Assembly: GCA_963709585.1 (NCBI GenBank)
Contig: CAVPXI010000013.1
Span: 96,001 to 160,000 of the forward strand
Source: Candidatus Dormiibacterota bacterium
GTDB lineage: Bacteria; Chloroflexota; Dormibacteria; Aeolococcales; Aeolococcaceae
Length of the DNA stretch: 64,000 nucleotides
Reading direction: 5' to 3'
Shown here: one piece after another, positions 41,999 through 52,391 of the stretch
Layout of the letters: the number at the start of each line of letters is the position of its first letter
Position numbering within the stretch: position 1 is the stretch's first letter
Notes under the pieces: model-generated
What the model was told of the DNA's origin: nothing
What the model saw: only the letters and a program-made list of their open reading frames with translations
The model's database searches: none
Translations under genes and position numbers: made by a program

Positions 41999-44803
41999 CT
42001 AGACATGATCGACATCGCGCTGCTCTGAGGGCACCGGTGCAAGGGCGTCACGGAGTGCAGCTCGGGACGTGATGCCGAGCTTGGGGAAGACTCTGTACAG
42101 GTGCGCTCCGACGGTGCGATGGGAAAGGAACAGCCGCGCTCCGATCTGCTTGTTACTCATTCCTGAGGCGGCCATCGTCGCAATCTCGCGTTCTTGCGGC
42201 GTGAGCGCGTCCGGCATCTGACTACGAATTCTCGGCACCGCGTAGCCGGTGGCCCGGAGTTCGTTGCTGGCGCGCGTCACCCATGGTTGAGCGCCCAGCC
42301 GCCGGAAGACATCTAGCGCGGCGCCGAGCTGCGTTCGCGACTGGGTAAGGGCGCGTGCCCGGCGCAGGCGCTCCCCATAGGCCAGGTGAATGCGTGCCAA
42401 GTCGAACGGCCAGCGGTTACTGCCCGGGATGGCGATTGCTTCCTCGAACAATGCGATGGCGCTGTTGTCGGGTGTAGCGAGGGCAGCGGACCCGCGGGTC
42501 AATAGAGCGAGTCGTGGGGAGAGGGCGGCGATGTTTGCTTCTTGCATGGCGGCGACGTGGGCAGCCGCCTCGTCCTGGCGGTTGGTGTGCACAGCACCCA
42601 TGACGAGGTCAAAGGCAACCCAAAGGGCGTGAGGCGTGTGGGAGGCGAGGACTCCTGCCGGGCTGACGGCGCTCGCCTGCTGGTATGCGTCCTCGAAGTC
42701 GCCGCGGCCGATGGCCGCAAGCGCCCTGGCATGGCAGCAGTATTGCTGGACAGTCAGAGCTCCCCGCGGCGTTGCCGATTGAGCCATGTTGTCGGTCAAT
42801 GCCTGCATGGTGTCGTTGTCACCGCGTGAAGCCGCGAGGAGGGCACTTACGAATTGGCCAGGCCAACCGAGGAGCCGATACCCATGTGTCTCGCAGAGCC
42901 GGAGGGCCTCGTCGAGCAGTTGCTCGGCCTCATCCCACCGACCCGTCGCGTAGTCGTCAACCGCGACGAGAATGAGAGCGTTGATCGACGAGGCGACGGC
43001 ACCGCCTTCTCGTCCGTCCTTGACAACCCTCCACAACGCTTCCCGGCATCCTGCCAGCCGATCCACATAGGTCGCGGCGATGCCAATTCGCACAATGTAG
43101 GTCGGGTCGACCTCATCTCTCAAGCCGGCGATTGCAGCCTCGAGCTGGTCGAGTGCCGCGGAACCGGCTTCGACTGGATCCGCAAACGTATAGCTGCAGA
43201 GCAGCAGATCGGTGGGGATGCGAGGTGTGAGACGGCCGACCGCGACATGGAATGGTTCCCACAGGCTGGCGCGTCCGCCGAAAAAGCAGATTAGCACCAG
43301 CGTGTGGAGAGCGTTCAGCAGCGTTTGATCGTTGAAGTCGTAACCGTGAGGCGTCGTCTCGATCGCCCCGACCAGCAGGGTGTGGGAGGTGTCGACATCG
43401 CCGTCCTCATTGAGCAGGCGATAGGCGGCTGCGGTCGCAGCTTGCAAGGACCCCGCAAGCGTGGGGTCAGCTCGGCGCGCGTCCGCGAGCAGGCTGCGTA
43501 CGTTCCGCAACTCCCCGGTCACGTCAGCTCCGACGTACGCCGCCTCGGCCAGCCGCCGGCCGCGGTCCGAGCCAAGCCGGCTGAGATCCGCTGACCTGAG
43601 CAGCGCCGCGACGGCACCCGTCGCGTCTCCTCGTTGCAGCGCGCGGCGCGCCGTCTCCGTGAGCAGCCGGGCTACTCCCTCGTCCGGTCCCACCGTCGCT
43701 GCCGAGAGGTGCCACGCGCGTCGATCGGGCTGATCTGCCAATGCTTCGGCCAATGCACTGTGGGCTCGGCGGCGCCCCGTCCACGTGGATATCTCGACAA
43801 CCGTCGAGCGCACGATGGGGTGGTGGAACGCCACCCGTTGGGTGCGCTCGTCCACCCGCACCAATCGCGCCCTTTCCGCTGGAGCGAAACCTTCAAGACC
43901 GCCGGATCCGGAAGCGGCGGCCTCCAGGACGCGAAGATCGCCGGTGCCGTCCAAGGCCGCCAGGATAAGGAGCTTGCGGCTTGAAGCGGGAAGGTCGCTG
44001 ATCCGCGATGCGAACATCCTGTGGAGGCGTCGGCTCAGCGGGAGCAAGGCGGGCATCGCCTGGAGGGCGTTGCGTTGCGGGAGGCTGAGCGCAACTGGCA
44101 ACTCCAAGATTGCCAGCGGATTACCCTGGGCCTCTGACAGGACGCGCCGACACACCGTTGCGGCAAGCGCCGGGAACCGGGAGCTCAATAGCCTGCTCGC
44201 CGCGTCACCGTCCAGTGGCTGCAACTCGTGAAGCGGCAGCCCGGCGCGCTCGAAGAATCCTCCTGCTCCGGACCGCAACGCTGCAATAAACCCAGCCCTG
44301 CCTCCACCAAGGCGTCGAGCGACAAATGCCAAGACAGCGGCACTGGAGCGGTCGAGCCACTGGAGGTCATCGACGATCAGCAGCAGGGGGCCGGCTCTCG
44401 CGATTTGGTGCACGAGCGCGAGCGCTGCGTTGGACACGACGACCCGGCCAGTACCTGGTCCCTCCCCCAACCCCAACGCCACCGACAGGGCGCCTCGGTG
44501 CGAGCCAGAGAGCTGCTCGAGTTCCACGCCCACGGGAAGAAAGAGTTGGCTCAATCCGGAGTAACTCAACTCAGCCTCGAATTCAACGCCAGCGGCGCGC
44601 AAAACCCGGGTGTCAGCCGACGCAGCGACCTCGGCAGCCATATCCAAGAGCACAGACTTGCCCACACCCGGCTCCCCGGCTACGAGCAGTGCCCCGCCGC
44701 GGAGGGCGGCCTCGTCCAGGAACGATTGAAGGAGCTTGAGCTCTCCATCCCGTCCGATTAGAGCGTCGGTCACCTCCCGTCGTGGAGGCATGCGTGTGGC
44801 CAC
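41999..44803 (-). CDS. Large ATP-binding LuxR-family (LAL-like) regulator
   Basis: GEPGVGKS, IVDDLQWLD; C-terminal 'LTPQEREIA...SNKQIGARLFLSHRTV'. Confidence 0.93.
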   Translation of the reverse strand: MATRMPPRREVTDALIGRDGELKLLQSFLDEAALRGGALLVAGEPGVGKSVLLDMAAEVAASADTRVLRAAGVEFEAELSYSGLSQLFLPVGVELEQLSGSHRGALSVALGLGEGPGTGRVVVSNAALALVHQIARAGPLLLIVDDLQWLDRSSAAVLAFVARRLGGGRAGFIAALRSGAGGFFERAGLPLHELQPLDGDAASRLLSSRFPALAATVCRRVLSEAQGNPLAILELPVALSLPQRNALQAMPALLPLSRRLHRMFASRISDLPASSRKLLILAALDGTGDLRVLEAAASGSGGLEGFAPAERARLVRVDERTQRVAFHHPIVRSTVVEISTWTGRRRAHSALAEALADQPDRRAWHLSAATVGPDEGVARLLTETARRALQRGDATGAVAALLRSADLSRLGSDRGRRLAEAAYVGADVTGELRNVRSLLADARRADPTLAGSLQAATAAAYRLLNEDGDVDTSHTLLVGAIETTPHGYDFNDQTLLNALHTLVLICFFGGRASLWEPFHVAVGRLTPRIPTDLLLCSYTFADPVEAGSAALDQLEAAIAGLRDEVDPTYIVRIGIAATYVDRLAGCREALWRVVKDGREGGAVASSINALILVAVDDYATGRWDEAEQLLDEALRLCETHGYRLLGWPGQFVSALLAASRGDNDTMQALTDNMAQSATPRGALTVQQYCCHARALAAIGRGDFEDAYQQASAVSPAGVLASHTPHALWVAFDLVMGAVHTNRQDEAAAHVAAMQEANIAALSPRLALLTRGSAALATPDNSAIALFEEAIAIPGSNRWPFDLARIHLAYGERLRRARALTQSRTQLGAALDVFRRLGAQPWVTRASNELRATGYAVPRIRSQMPDALTPQEREIATMAASGMSNKQIGARLFLSHRTVGAHLYRVFPKLGITSRAALRDALAPVPSEQRDVDHV

Positions 44804-45211
44804 CTCGGTGTAACCCGTCTTGGATCCAGCATACGACGCGCTGGCGAGCGCGGATCGGGCGCCATCTCATGGCGTCCGCAGTCGCCAGTCGATCGCGACG
44901 TTGCTTGTCGGCGTCGCCGCCGGCCTGGCCCGCTAAGTCCGAGTCACCGTCGTGCCGATCCCGTTCGCCGTATTAGCCATCCTGCGCATTCGCGAGGTGG
45001 TTATTCTCTCCTCGCCGGCCGGCTTCCGATGCTCTCCAGCCTTTCCGATCATTCGTCGGGTCTGGCAGCTCCCGCAGCGCTGACGTCACTTGGTTCGCGG
45101 ATGTCCTTGTCCTCGACCGCGATGCGGGCGCAATTGGCCTGAGAACCAGCTTCCTCCTGGTCTTTTATGACCGACGAACCGTTCATGCCGACGGCGTGAA
45201 GTCCGACGTCC

Positions 45212-46984
45212 CTACTCCGCTGGAAGCGGCATGCGCCCGCGAGGGATCGAGAGAATGGCAACCAGAAACGCTGCCGCCATGATCGCGGCCATGACGTAGA
45301 ACACCGTCTGCGTTGAATGTGCGAACGCCAGCTGAACATCGTGCACAAGTCCCGGCGCCTGCCCTCCAGCGGAACCCGCGTTCGGCGCGGTCGATCCGAA
45401 CGATGAGGCGACTCTGCCCGCAACCACAGCCGGCACGCCGTCCTTGATCAACGCAGACGCCACATTGGTCAGGTTCTGGCTAATGAGGGTCGCGCCGAGC
45501 ACGGCGAGACCGAGGCTGGCACCGAAGTTGCGTACGGTCTGGGTGATTCCGGTGACCTCGCTGTAGCTGGTGCTCGGGGCCCGGTTGACCGCATCCGTGC
45601 TGGCCGTCCCCAGCATCAGGCCGATTCCTGCGCCGGCGAGAATCACGTAGGCGACCTGCGCCCCCAGTGACAAGTCGGTGAGCTTCCCCGCGAGCAGGAA
45701 GAACCCGACCGCGCTGAGTGCGCAGCCGACGACGACGGCGGGTCGGGCGCCGCGCTTATCCAGGATCCGGCCACCGATCTGGGCCATGACCACGAACCCG
45801 AGAAAGAAAAACATGATGTAAAGGCCGGCGTTCGTCGCGCTCTCGCCGAGCGACACCTGCGCGTACACAGCAGCGAAGAAGAAGAACGGTATGAAGACGG
45901 CGGACACCAGACCGAGCACCGCGTTCTCGACCGCAAAGCCGCGATCCTGGAAGATCTGCAAGCGGAGGAGCGGTTCGGGCGTGTGCAACTCCCACGCGAC
46001 AAACCCGACCATCAGTAGAAGGCCAACGGCGATGCATGCCCAGGTCGCGATGCTTGCCCACCCCCAGGTCGTGGCTTCCTCGAGGCCGAGAACTATCAAT
46101 CCCATCGCACCGGTGACCAGCACCGCGCCGCGGTAGTCGAGCTTCGCCGGATGACGTTCTTCCGACGGTTTTGCTCTCCAGATCAATATGAGCGCAACGA
46201 TCGCTACCGGAATGTTGATCCAGAAGATGGATCGCCACGTCCACTGGGTGAGGTAACCGCCCGTGATCGGGCCGATTGCGGTCAGTGCGCCGGAGATGCC
46301 GAAGAAGATCGCCATCGCCCGGCCCCGTTCACGTAGCGGAAACGCCGCGACCACGATGCCCACGGCCGCCGGGAACATCAGCGCCGCGGTCGCGCCTTGG
46401 ATAACTCGGAACGTGATGATCCACGCCGTCGCAATGCCGCCTTGGGGCGTGAATCCGCAGAGGGCTGATGCCATGGCGAACCCGGCCACGCCGATCACCA
46501 CCATGCGCCGACGGCCGAGAACATCGCCGAGCTTGCCGCCAAAGGCGAACAGCGCCGCCAGTGCCAGCAGGTACCCGTTGATGATCCATTGCGATCCCGT
46601 TGCGGTCAGCGACAGCTCCTTCTGCAGCTTAGGAATCGCGATCGCAACGATCGTCTGATCGATGAAGGTCATCGCTACAGCCACCACCATCGCTGCAAGC
46701 ACGAGGTTCCGGTTTGTCGACCCACGACCCGACGCCGGCGGGGTGTCCAGGGCTGACGCTCCGAGCCGCGTGCGGTCCTGGTCTGGCGCTTTAGCCCGTT
46801 GTGAATGCCGCACGATCCCCGCCCTCTGGCCGGCGATCTGTGGGTCTGGATGGGCTCTGTGGAGCATTGGCAGGTCCCCGTATTCGTCGAGTGCGGCGTA
46901 GTGCCGTGCCGCGAGTGCAGCGTGATCCGTCCATCCCACTCGGGCTAAAGTCAAATGACTGCGATTTGCTCTACCCGGGCTCAC
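45212..46984 (-). CDS. DHA2 (EmrB/QacA) MFS transporter; true start probably downstream of 46984
   Basis: 'FIDQTIVAIAIP', 'GKLGDVLGRRR', 'WRSIFWINIP'. Confidence 0.88.
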   Translation of the reverse strand: MSPGRANRSHLTLARVGWTDHAALAARHYAALDEYGDLPMLHRAHPDPQIAGQRAGIVRHSQRAKAPDQDRTRLGASALDTPPASGRGSTNRNLVLAAMVVAVAMTFIDQTIVAIAIPKLQKELSLTATGSQWIINGYLLALAALFAFGGKLGDVLGRRRMVVIGVAGFAMASALCGFTPQGGIATAWIITFRVIQGATAALMFPAAVGIVVAAFPLRERGRAMAIFFGISGALTAIGPITGGYLTQWTWRSIFWINIPVAIVALILIWRAKPSEERHPAKLDYRGAVLVTGAMGLIVLGLEEATTWGWASIATWACIAVGLLLMVGFVAWELHTPEPLLRLQIFQDRGFAVENAVLGLVSAVFIPFFFFAAVYAQVSLGESATNAGLYIMFFFLGFVVMAQIGGRILDKRGARPAVVVGCALSAVGFFLLAGKLTDLSLGAQVAYVILAGAGIGLMLGTASTDAVNRAPSTSYSEVTGITQTVRNFGASLGLAVLGATLISQNLTNVASALIKDGVPAVVAGRVASSFGSTAPNAGSAGGQAPGLVHDVQLAFAHSTQTVFYVMAAIMAAAFLVAILSIPRGRMPLPAE

Positions 46985-47541
46985 CCCGGCGCGCCCAAGA
47001 GGTTCCGCAGCTCGCTCGCATGGCTCTCTTCGCGTTCGAGGATGCTCTCGAGAAGGCGGCGGGTCGTCGGATCGTCCGCGCCGATCCAGCGGATCATCTC
47101 TTGACTTATCTGGATAACGATGCGCGACGCAATCAGGTTCTCCTTGAGCATCAGGCTCAACTCGGTGCCGATGTACGTGTGGTACGCCGTATAGGCTCGG
47201 CTTGCCAGGCTCACGGGGTCGAGATCAGGAATCCCGCCGAGCTGATTGATGCGCAGGGCAAGGGTCACGGTGTTGTGCAGTTCGTCGGCCGCATTGGAGG
47301 CGAAACATCGAGCCACCTCCGTAGCATTGATGCCCGCAGCCACGGTGGCGTGCTGCTGGTAGCGCAGCCAGCAGACGATCGCGGACGCGAGCATTGTGTT
47401 GAGTACGGAGATAACGGCCAGGACATCCGCTTTGTACGCGGGCGTCACGGGACCCTCCGCCATATCCTGAAGAGCGCGATCCCGCAGGGTGCGGATATCC
47501 AAGTGCGACCCGGTCTTCCACTCGGCCTCGACCAACTCCAT
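46981..47541 (-). CDS. Ferritin-like (bacterioferritin/DPSL-like) protein
   Basis: 'EGPVTPAY...VCWLRY..H', 'RINQLGGIPD', 'ENLIASRI', 'DPTTRRLLESILEREESHA'. Confidence 0.78.
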   Translation of the reverse strand: MELVEAEWKTGSHLDIRTLRDRALQDMAEGPVTPAYKADVLAVISVLNTMLASAIVCWLRYQQHATVAAGINATEVARCFASNAADELHNTVTLALRINQLGGIPDLDPVSLASRAYTAYHTYIGTELSLMLKENLIASRIVIQISQEMIRWIGADDPTTRRLLESILEREESHASELRNLLGAPG

Positions 47542-47774
47542 ACGGTGATATTGCCCGAGCCGAGCGCCACCGGCATCAGTCATATGACTGGACCCGGTAT
47601 CGAGTCGCACCACCGGCCTCAGCCCTCTCCGCGGCAGCGATCGGTGATGCCGACCCAGCGTGGAAATCGAGATCATTTGACTGAAGACGCGGGGGTGCTC
47701 GGGGTCTCAGCATCCGCCCATTACCGGCGCACAGATCGGCCGGCCCCGCCTAGCAGACACGAGAAGGAGACGCC

Positions 47775-48287
47775 GTGACCACCAGTGAGCTATTGCTGAA
47801 CCTAGGCATTCTGGCGTTCGTGTTGCTGACGGGACTGGGAACTCGAGCCTTGACGCGGCGGCGCTACACATTGCCTATCGTCATCGTGGCCGTCGTCGCC
47901 GTCGTATTCCTGCGGACCATCCCAACCTCCGGCAACGATATCGGCATCGTAGTCACCCTCGGCATAGCAGGCGTCGCTTTCGGGCTGCTCGCTGGTGCGC
48001 TGATGAGCGTAAACAAGTCAGCCAGCGGTTCGCTCGTCACGGAGGCGGGCGCCGCCTATGCAGCCATTTGGATCGCGGTCATCGTGGGGCGCATCATCTT
48101 TGCGTTCGGTGCCGACCATTGGTATGTCAGCCAGATCGCGTCATTCTCACGCCAGTACGAGATAACGGGCGCGTCGGCATGGACAGCTGCCTTCGTGATG
48201 ATGGCACTCGCCATGGTGTTAGCTCGTGTTGCTGTGACCGCAGTCAAGGCCACGCGCTTGACAGGCTCTTCCCAGGTGTACGCATAG
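47775..48287 (+). CDS. Hypothetical membrane protein
   Basis: AAGGAG RBS; about 5 TM segments. Confidence 0.75.
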   Translation: MTTSELLLNLGILAFVLLTGLGTRALTRRRYTLPIVIVAVVAVVFLRTIPTSGNDIGIVVTLGIAGVAFGLLAGALMSVNKSASGSLVTEAGAAYAAIWIAVIVGRIIFAFGADHWYVSQIASFSRQYEITGASAWTAAFVMMALAMVLARVAVTAVKATRLTGSSQVYA

Positions 48288-48461
48288 GACCGGGGACGGT
48301 CGACTACACACGTTCTGGACGCCATGCGTTCGCATGCCGTCGCCAGCAGACACCGCTGCCGCACGGGACACCGCGGCTCGGCTCATGGACATCGATAGGG
48401 TCGTCGTCCGGTCGGCAACTCGTCCCCAGCGTCAGTACAGCGCGAGCGCGAACGGGCCGAG

Positions 48462-48730
48462 CTAAAGTGCGGTGATCGGGAAGACGAAATTCATCACGCC
48501 CATCGGCTGACGTCGGCGGTTCAATGCGAGGTCATAGGCGAGGAGGGCCGCGTAACAGAAACAGACGGATAGATCGAGCCACGCGACTGCGGTCAGCCAG
48601 ACGGTGCTATCACCTTTCCCCTCCTTACTTCGCAGTCCCCATCTTAGACGACGTCCGTTTTCGACTCGCGTTCCTTCCGGGCTTCGTTTCGTCTCTGTCG
48701 CCGTGCGTCTTCCCGTTGCTTCCGGCCCAC
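48462..48730. pseudogene. Gene debris: DUF4396-like N-terminus (minus, about 48462-48605) and CcdA-like N-terminus (plus, about 48660-48730)
   Basis: 'WLTAVAW...RRQPMGVMNFVFPITAL' and 'LAFLPGFVSSLSPCVFPLLP'. Confidence 0.5.
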
Positions 48731-48809
48731 CAGACCGCTCCTCTGAAGAGCCTTCGGGCGCAGGCTTGCGTCTATAACCCGCCGCCAAGAACAGATGGAG
48801 ACCTTTGGA

Positions 48810-49199
48810 ATGACAACACCCGACAACATTAGCGTTGTCCCAAGCGACGCCACGTTCGAAGAGACCCTAAAGCGGCTTCGGGAAGCGATCGCCGAACGTG
48901 GCCTGACCCTCTTCGCCGAGATCGATCACGCGGGGAACGCACGCGCCACCGGCCTCGAGATGCCACCGTCGACCGTGTTGATCTTCGGCAGCGCCATCGC
49001 CGGCACCCCGCTGATGTTGAAGGCACCCGACATCGCCCTTCAATTGCCTCTTCGCGTGCTGGTGCGCGAGGAAGGCATGGGTGGATCCGTGCTTGCCTAC
49101 GGCGACCCCCGGGAGCTGGCGCGGACCTTCAACGTCGAGGAAATCGCGGCGGGGATCATGGGGCTCTCCGCGCTGGTCCATGCCGTGGCTCGGCGTTGA
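48810..49199 (+). CDS. DUF302 domain protein
   Basis: 'GLTLFAEIDHA', 'VLIFG...GTPLM', 'LQLPLRVLV'. Confidence 0.88.
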   Translation: MTTPDNISVVPSDATFEETLKRLREAIAERGLTLFAEIDHAGNARATGLEMPPSTVLIFGSAIAGTPLMLKAPDIALQLPLRVLVREEGMGGSVLAYGDPRELARTFNVEEIAAGIMGLSALVHAVARR

Positions 49200-49363
49200 G
49201 CGCGGCGCCGCTCCATTCGGCGTCGAGTGGCACCACGGTAGCTGGCGCGAACGTGGCGGCGCGCTCCAGAACTCCTTTGAGGAATCACGTGACTGGGGAT
49301 GCTGCGACAAGTCCACGTAAGAATCAACCGGACTGGACGTCGACGACACTGGTTCAACTCAGA

Positions 49364-49610
49364 TGGTGCCGGGGAGACAGGACTCGAACCTGCGGCCCCT
49401 GTTCTCCCAGACTAGTCCTTATTTCCGGCTGCGAAGTCGACTTCAGAAGGAGTGGTTTCGTATGGAATTGGTTGGAATGACGACTACACCAGGGGCGATC
49501 AAATCCATTGGAATTCCGTCAACACGCACCCACGCGTGCTCGACATTGGTTCCTCCCCTACGGTTCTGCACTTCGCGCATTCTGGCGGCCGTCGTCGAGC
49601 ACCTGAACCG
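49364..49610 (-). repeat. P-family repeat P6 (degenerate core 49370-49415) + extended right arm
   Basis: CGGGGAGACAGGACTCGAACCTGCGGCCCCTGTTCTCCCAGACTAG...TTGGTTGGAATGACGACTA; left flank is neither arm A nor arm B. Confidence 0.9.
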
Positions 49611-49634
49611 TGCAGCGCGTAGAGTGGATGAGCG

Positions 49635-49820
49635 GTGGCGATCCTCCCAGCGTTCCACACCCTTATGGACTTGGCTCGCTACGGCGTGAATGCGACCGAG
49701 GTCTTCCACGACCGGACGGAGTGTTCGGTTGGCCAGAAGATCCTGCTCGACGGCAAGGGCGAGTTGGGTCAAGGGGGCCGTCGGCGCTGCGCGGAGTGCC
49801 GCAACTACGAAACAGTCTGA
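49635..49820 (+). CDS. Small His/Cys protein, possibly metal-binding
   Basis: 'VFHDRTEC...G...GGRRRCAEC'. Confidence 0.4.
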   Translation: MAILPAFHTLMDLARYGVNATEVFHDRTECSVGQKILLDGKGELGQGGRRRCAECRNYETV

Positions 49821-50308
49821 AATCGTCAATCAAGCTGACCCGCTCCGTGCTTTGGCGCTACGGACGCCGAATCGTGGACCGAGTTTCGCGCGCTGCCTCA
49901 GCGCCATCGCGGTCGCGGCCGAGCTTGACTCGATGGCCACGAAAGAGCGTGCAGTCGCTGCTGACGAGCGGCGGATGGAGGCGCGTCGCGTCGCGCTGCT
50001 CCGGACCTCTGAGCGTTGAGCGTACCTCGCGCAGGGACGATGCCGGTCCTTCACGAATAAGGGCCGCCCTACCTGAATGCAGCCAGGTTGGTCGACCGCT
50101 TCATCTGAGACTTCGACGCGCTCGATGCGCTCTGTGAGACGTGAGACGTGCGTAGACGACCGGCCAAGAAGGCACCTGCTGCGGAGCGGGTCCGTTTGAA
50201 TGTGGGGGCCGGGCCAAAGCCCTGCGGACGTACGCGCAAGCGCTCGTCACTCCAGGGTTAAGAGGGATGTTTTTGCCTTTTGCCCGGCCCTCGGCCACCA
50301 GCATAGGC

Positions 50309-50521
50309 TTATTGGTGAGACTTAATTTGGGGAGCCGATTCGCTCGGATCATCTCGATGGGTGACCCTGTCCGGATAGACCCGAGCCCCGCACCCGGGAC
50401 ACTTCGCGATGGGCCGCATGATGACTACCTCGGGCCGCTTCAGATCACCCTTCCGCGTCCGAGCGACATGAAAGGTCAGCGGGACGAGCCGGTCGGCTCC
50501 GCACTCAGGGCATGGCCCCAT
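50309..50521 (-). CDS. Small Zn-ribbon protein (CPxC...RPxAKCxxCG family)
   Basis: CPECGADRLVPLTF...RPIAKCPGCG. Confidence 0.72.
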   Translation of the reverse strand: MGPCPECGADRLVPLTFHVARTRKGDLKRPEVVIMRPIAKCPGCGARVYPDRVTHRDDPSESAPQIKSHQ

Positions 50522-50959
50522 GGCCAGTTCATCGTCTCACTCTTACAGACGCGACAGTGGCAAATAGCTGCCCTGCGACGGATGCCCTGCGCCCGGTGGT
50601 GAAGACAGTGGATCAGCTCGCTTTCGAGCTCGATCGGAACGACGTCTCGAACGCCTGACGCTTCGCCGACATCCGACCCTGCGCGCACGACCCGCCGCCG
50701 CCTCGGCCGGTGGCCACGGTCGGGACGCGGCCCCCTTCCGCGACTACTCGCAGAATGCCAGGGAGCAGAACCTCGAGCCCGAGGTCTCGGCGCGATCTCG
50801 GCGGTAGCGGGGCCCCTTCGACTACGTCAAGGTCGATCACTGGACGATGAAGGCCAACTCGCCCCCGGCAAGACAGACGAGGAGTGGGGGTCGGGCGAGG
50901 ACCCTGATAGCGCGAGAGGGAATGTACGGCCAGTCGCCAGGGAGAAGTGACTCTAATGG

Positions 50960-51132
50960 GTGGCGAGCAGCTCGGCTGAGGAGCAAGCTGCTCCCGAGCC
51001 GCCGGCGGGTGACCACTCTTCGACTCAGAGCGCTGAGCTCCAGGCCTAGACCGTGGCCCCGACGGTTGGCGAGGAGACAAGACGGCCGGTGGGATGTCGT
51101 GCCCCGAGCACTGATCCATTAGGGCGCCGCGA
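50960..51132 (+). ncRNA. IS110 bridge RNA (target-binding and donor-binding loops)
   Basis: GTGGGATGTC (51089-51098) equals the right end; CCATTAG (51116-51122) is the reverse complement of left end CTAATGG; GCCTAGA (51044-51050) is the reverse complement of target TCTAGGC; ACTCT (51015-51019) equals the left target flank. Confidence 0.78.
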
Positions 51133-51176
51133 TGCTCCTCCGGCTCGTTGTCGCGTTCACACAGGAGGAGCGCCAC

Positions 51177-52391
51177 ATGGTCTACCTCGGCATCGATTGG
51201 GCGGAGGCGCACCACGACGTGTGTCTCCTTGACGAGGCAGGAGCCCGTCTCGACAAGGCGCGCGTCCCCGATGGGATCGAAGGCCTGGCACGCATCCATG
51301 AGCTGGTCGGGGCGCACACCTCGAAACCCGAGACCGTGGTGGTTGGCATCGAAACCGACCGCGGTCTGCTGGTGCAAGGGTTGGTGGCCACCGGGTATCA
51401 GGTGTATGCCCTGAATCCGTTCGCGGTGAGTCGCTACCGCGATCGCCATACCGTGTCGCGGGCGAAGTCGGATCCGGGCGACGCCAAGGTGTTGGCCGAG
51501 TTGGTCCGCACCGATCGCCAGAACCATCGCCCGATGGCGGGCGACAGCGAGCTCGCGGAGAGTCTGAAAGTGCTCGCCCGCACCCATCAGACGTTGGTGT
51601 GGGCGCGCGTCCGGCATGCCAATCAGCTGCGCGGCGCGCTGCGGGAGTTCTATCCCGCTGCACTGGACGCGCTGGGCACGGAGTTGGCCGGTCGGGACGC
51701 ACTGGCGTTGCTCAGCCGAGCACCCACGCCCGAGCAAGGACGGCGGCTGACTCTCAACCAGCTCCGGGTGGTGCTGGCGCGTAGCGGGCGCCGTCGCGGG
51801 ATCGCCCCCCGCGCTGCGGCCTTGCAACGCGCACTGCGTGCGCCGCAACTGGCGCCGCCGCCGCTGCTCGCCAGGGCGTATGGCAGCTCGGTGCTGGCCA
51901 TGGTGCGCGTGATCAGCGAGTTCAATGCGCAGATCGCCACCCTCGAGGCCGAGCTTGCCGAGGCTTTTGAAGATCACCCGGACGCCGAGATCCTGCGCAG
52001 TCTGCCCGGACTTGGTGTGATCCTCGGCGCCCGGGTCTTGGCGGAGTTCGGTGACGACCGGACCCGCTATGAGAATGCCAGAGCGCGACGCTGCTATGCC
52101 GGCAGCGCTCCGATCACTCGTGCCTCAGGCACTCGGTCGGTGGTCCTGGCGCGTGTGACGCGCAACCGCCGTCTCGCCGATGCGCTCTACCTGTGGGCCT
52201 TCTGCACCCTGACGCATTCAGCGGGCGCACGTGCCTATTACGCGGCTCATCGTGCCCGCGGCCACACCCACCATCAGGCGCTGCGTGCCCTCGCCAACCG
52301 TCTCGTCGGCATCCTCCACGGCTGTCTCGAACATCGCTGCTGCTACTCCGAACGCGTGGCCTGGCCACCCATCCGTCAGGCTGCTGCTTGA
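51177..52391 (+). CDS. IS110 family transposase/recombinase
   Basis: 'YLGIDWA', 'GIET', 'KSDPGDA' (DEDD), 'SLPGLG', 'AGSAPITRASG'; AGGAGG RBS. Confidence 0.96.
   Translation: MVYLGIDWAEAHHDVCLLDEAGARLDKARVPDGIEGLARIHELVGAHTSKPETVVVGIETDRGLLVQGLVATGYQVYALNPFAVSRYRDRHTVSRAKSDPGDAKVLAELVRTDRQNHRPMAGDSELAESLKVLARTHQTLVWARVRHANQLRGALREFYPAALDALGTELAGRDALALLSRAPTPEQGRRLTLNQLRVVLARSGRRRGIAPRAAALQRALRAPQLAPPPLLARAYGSSVLAMVRVISEFNAQIATLEAELAEAFEDHPDAEILRSLPGLGVILGARVLAEFGDDRTRYENARARRCYAGSAPITRASGTRSVVLARVTRNRRLADALYLWAFCTLTHSAGARAYYAAHRARGHTHHQALRALANRLVGILHGCLEHRCCYSERVAWPPIRQAAA

Noticed and set aside
50613-51977. Long antisense ORFs (also 40115..41290, 25444..26451, 46801..47778)
   Set aside because: Shadow frames of well-supported genes in high-GC DNA.
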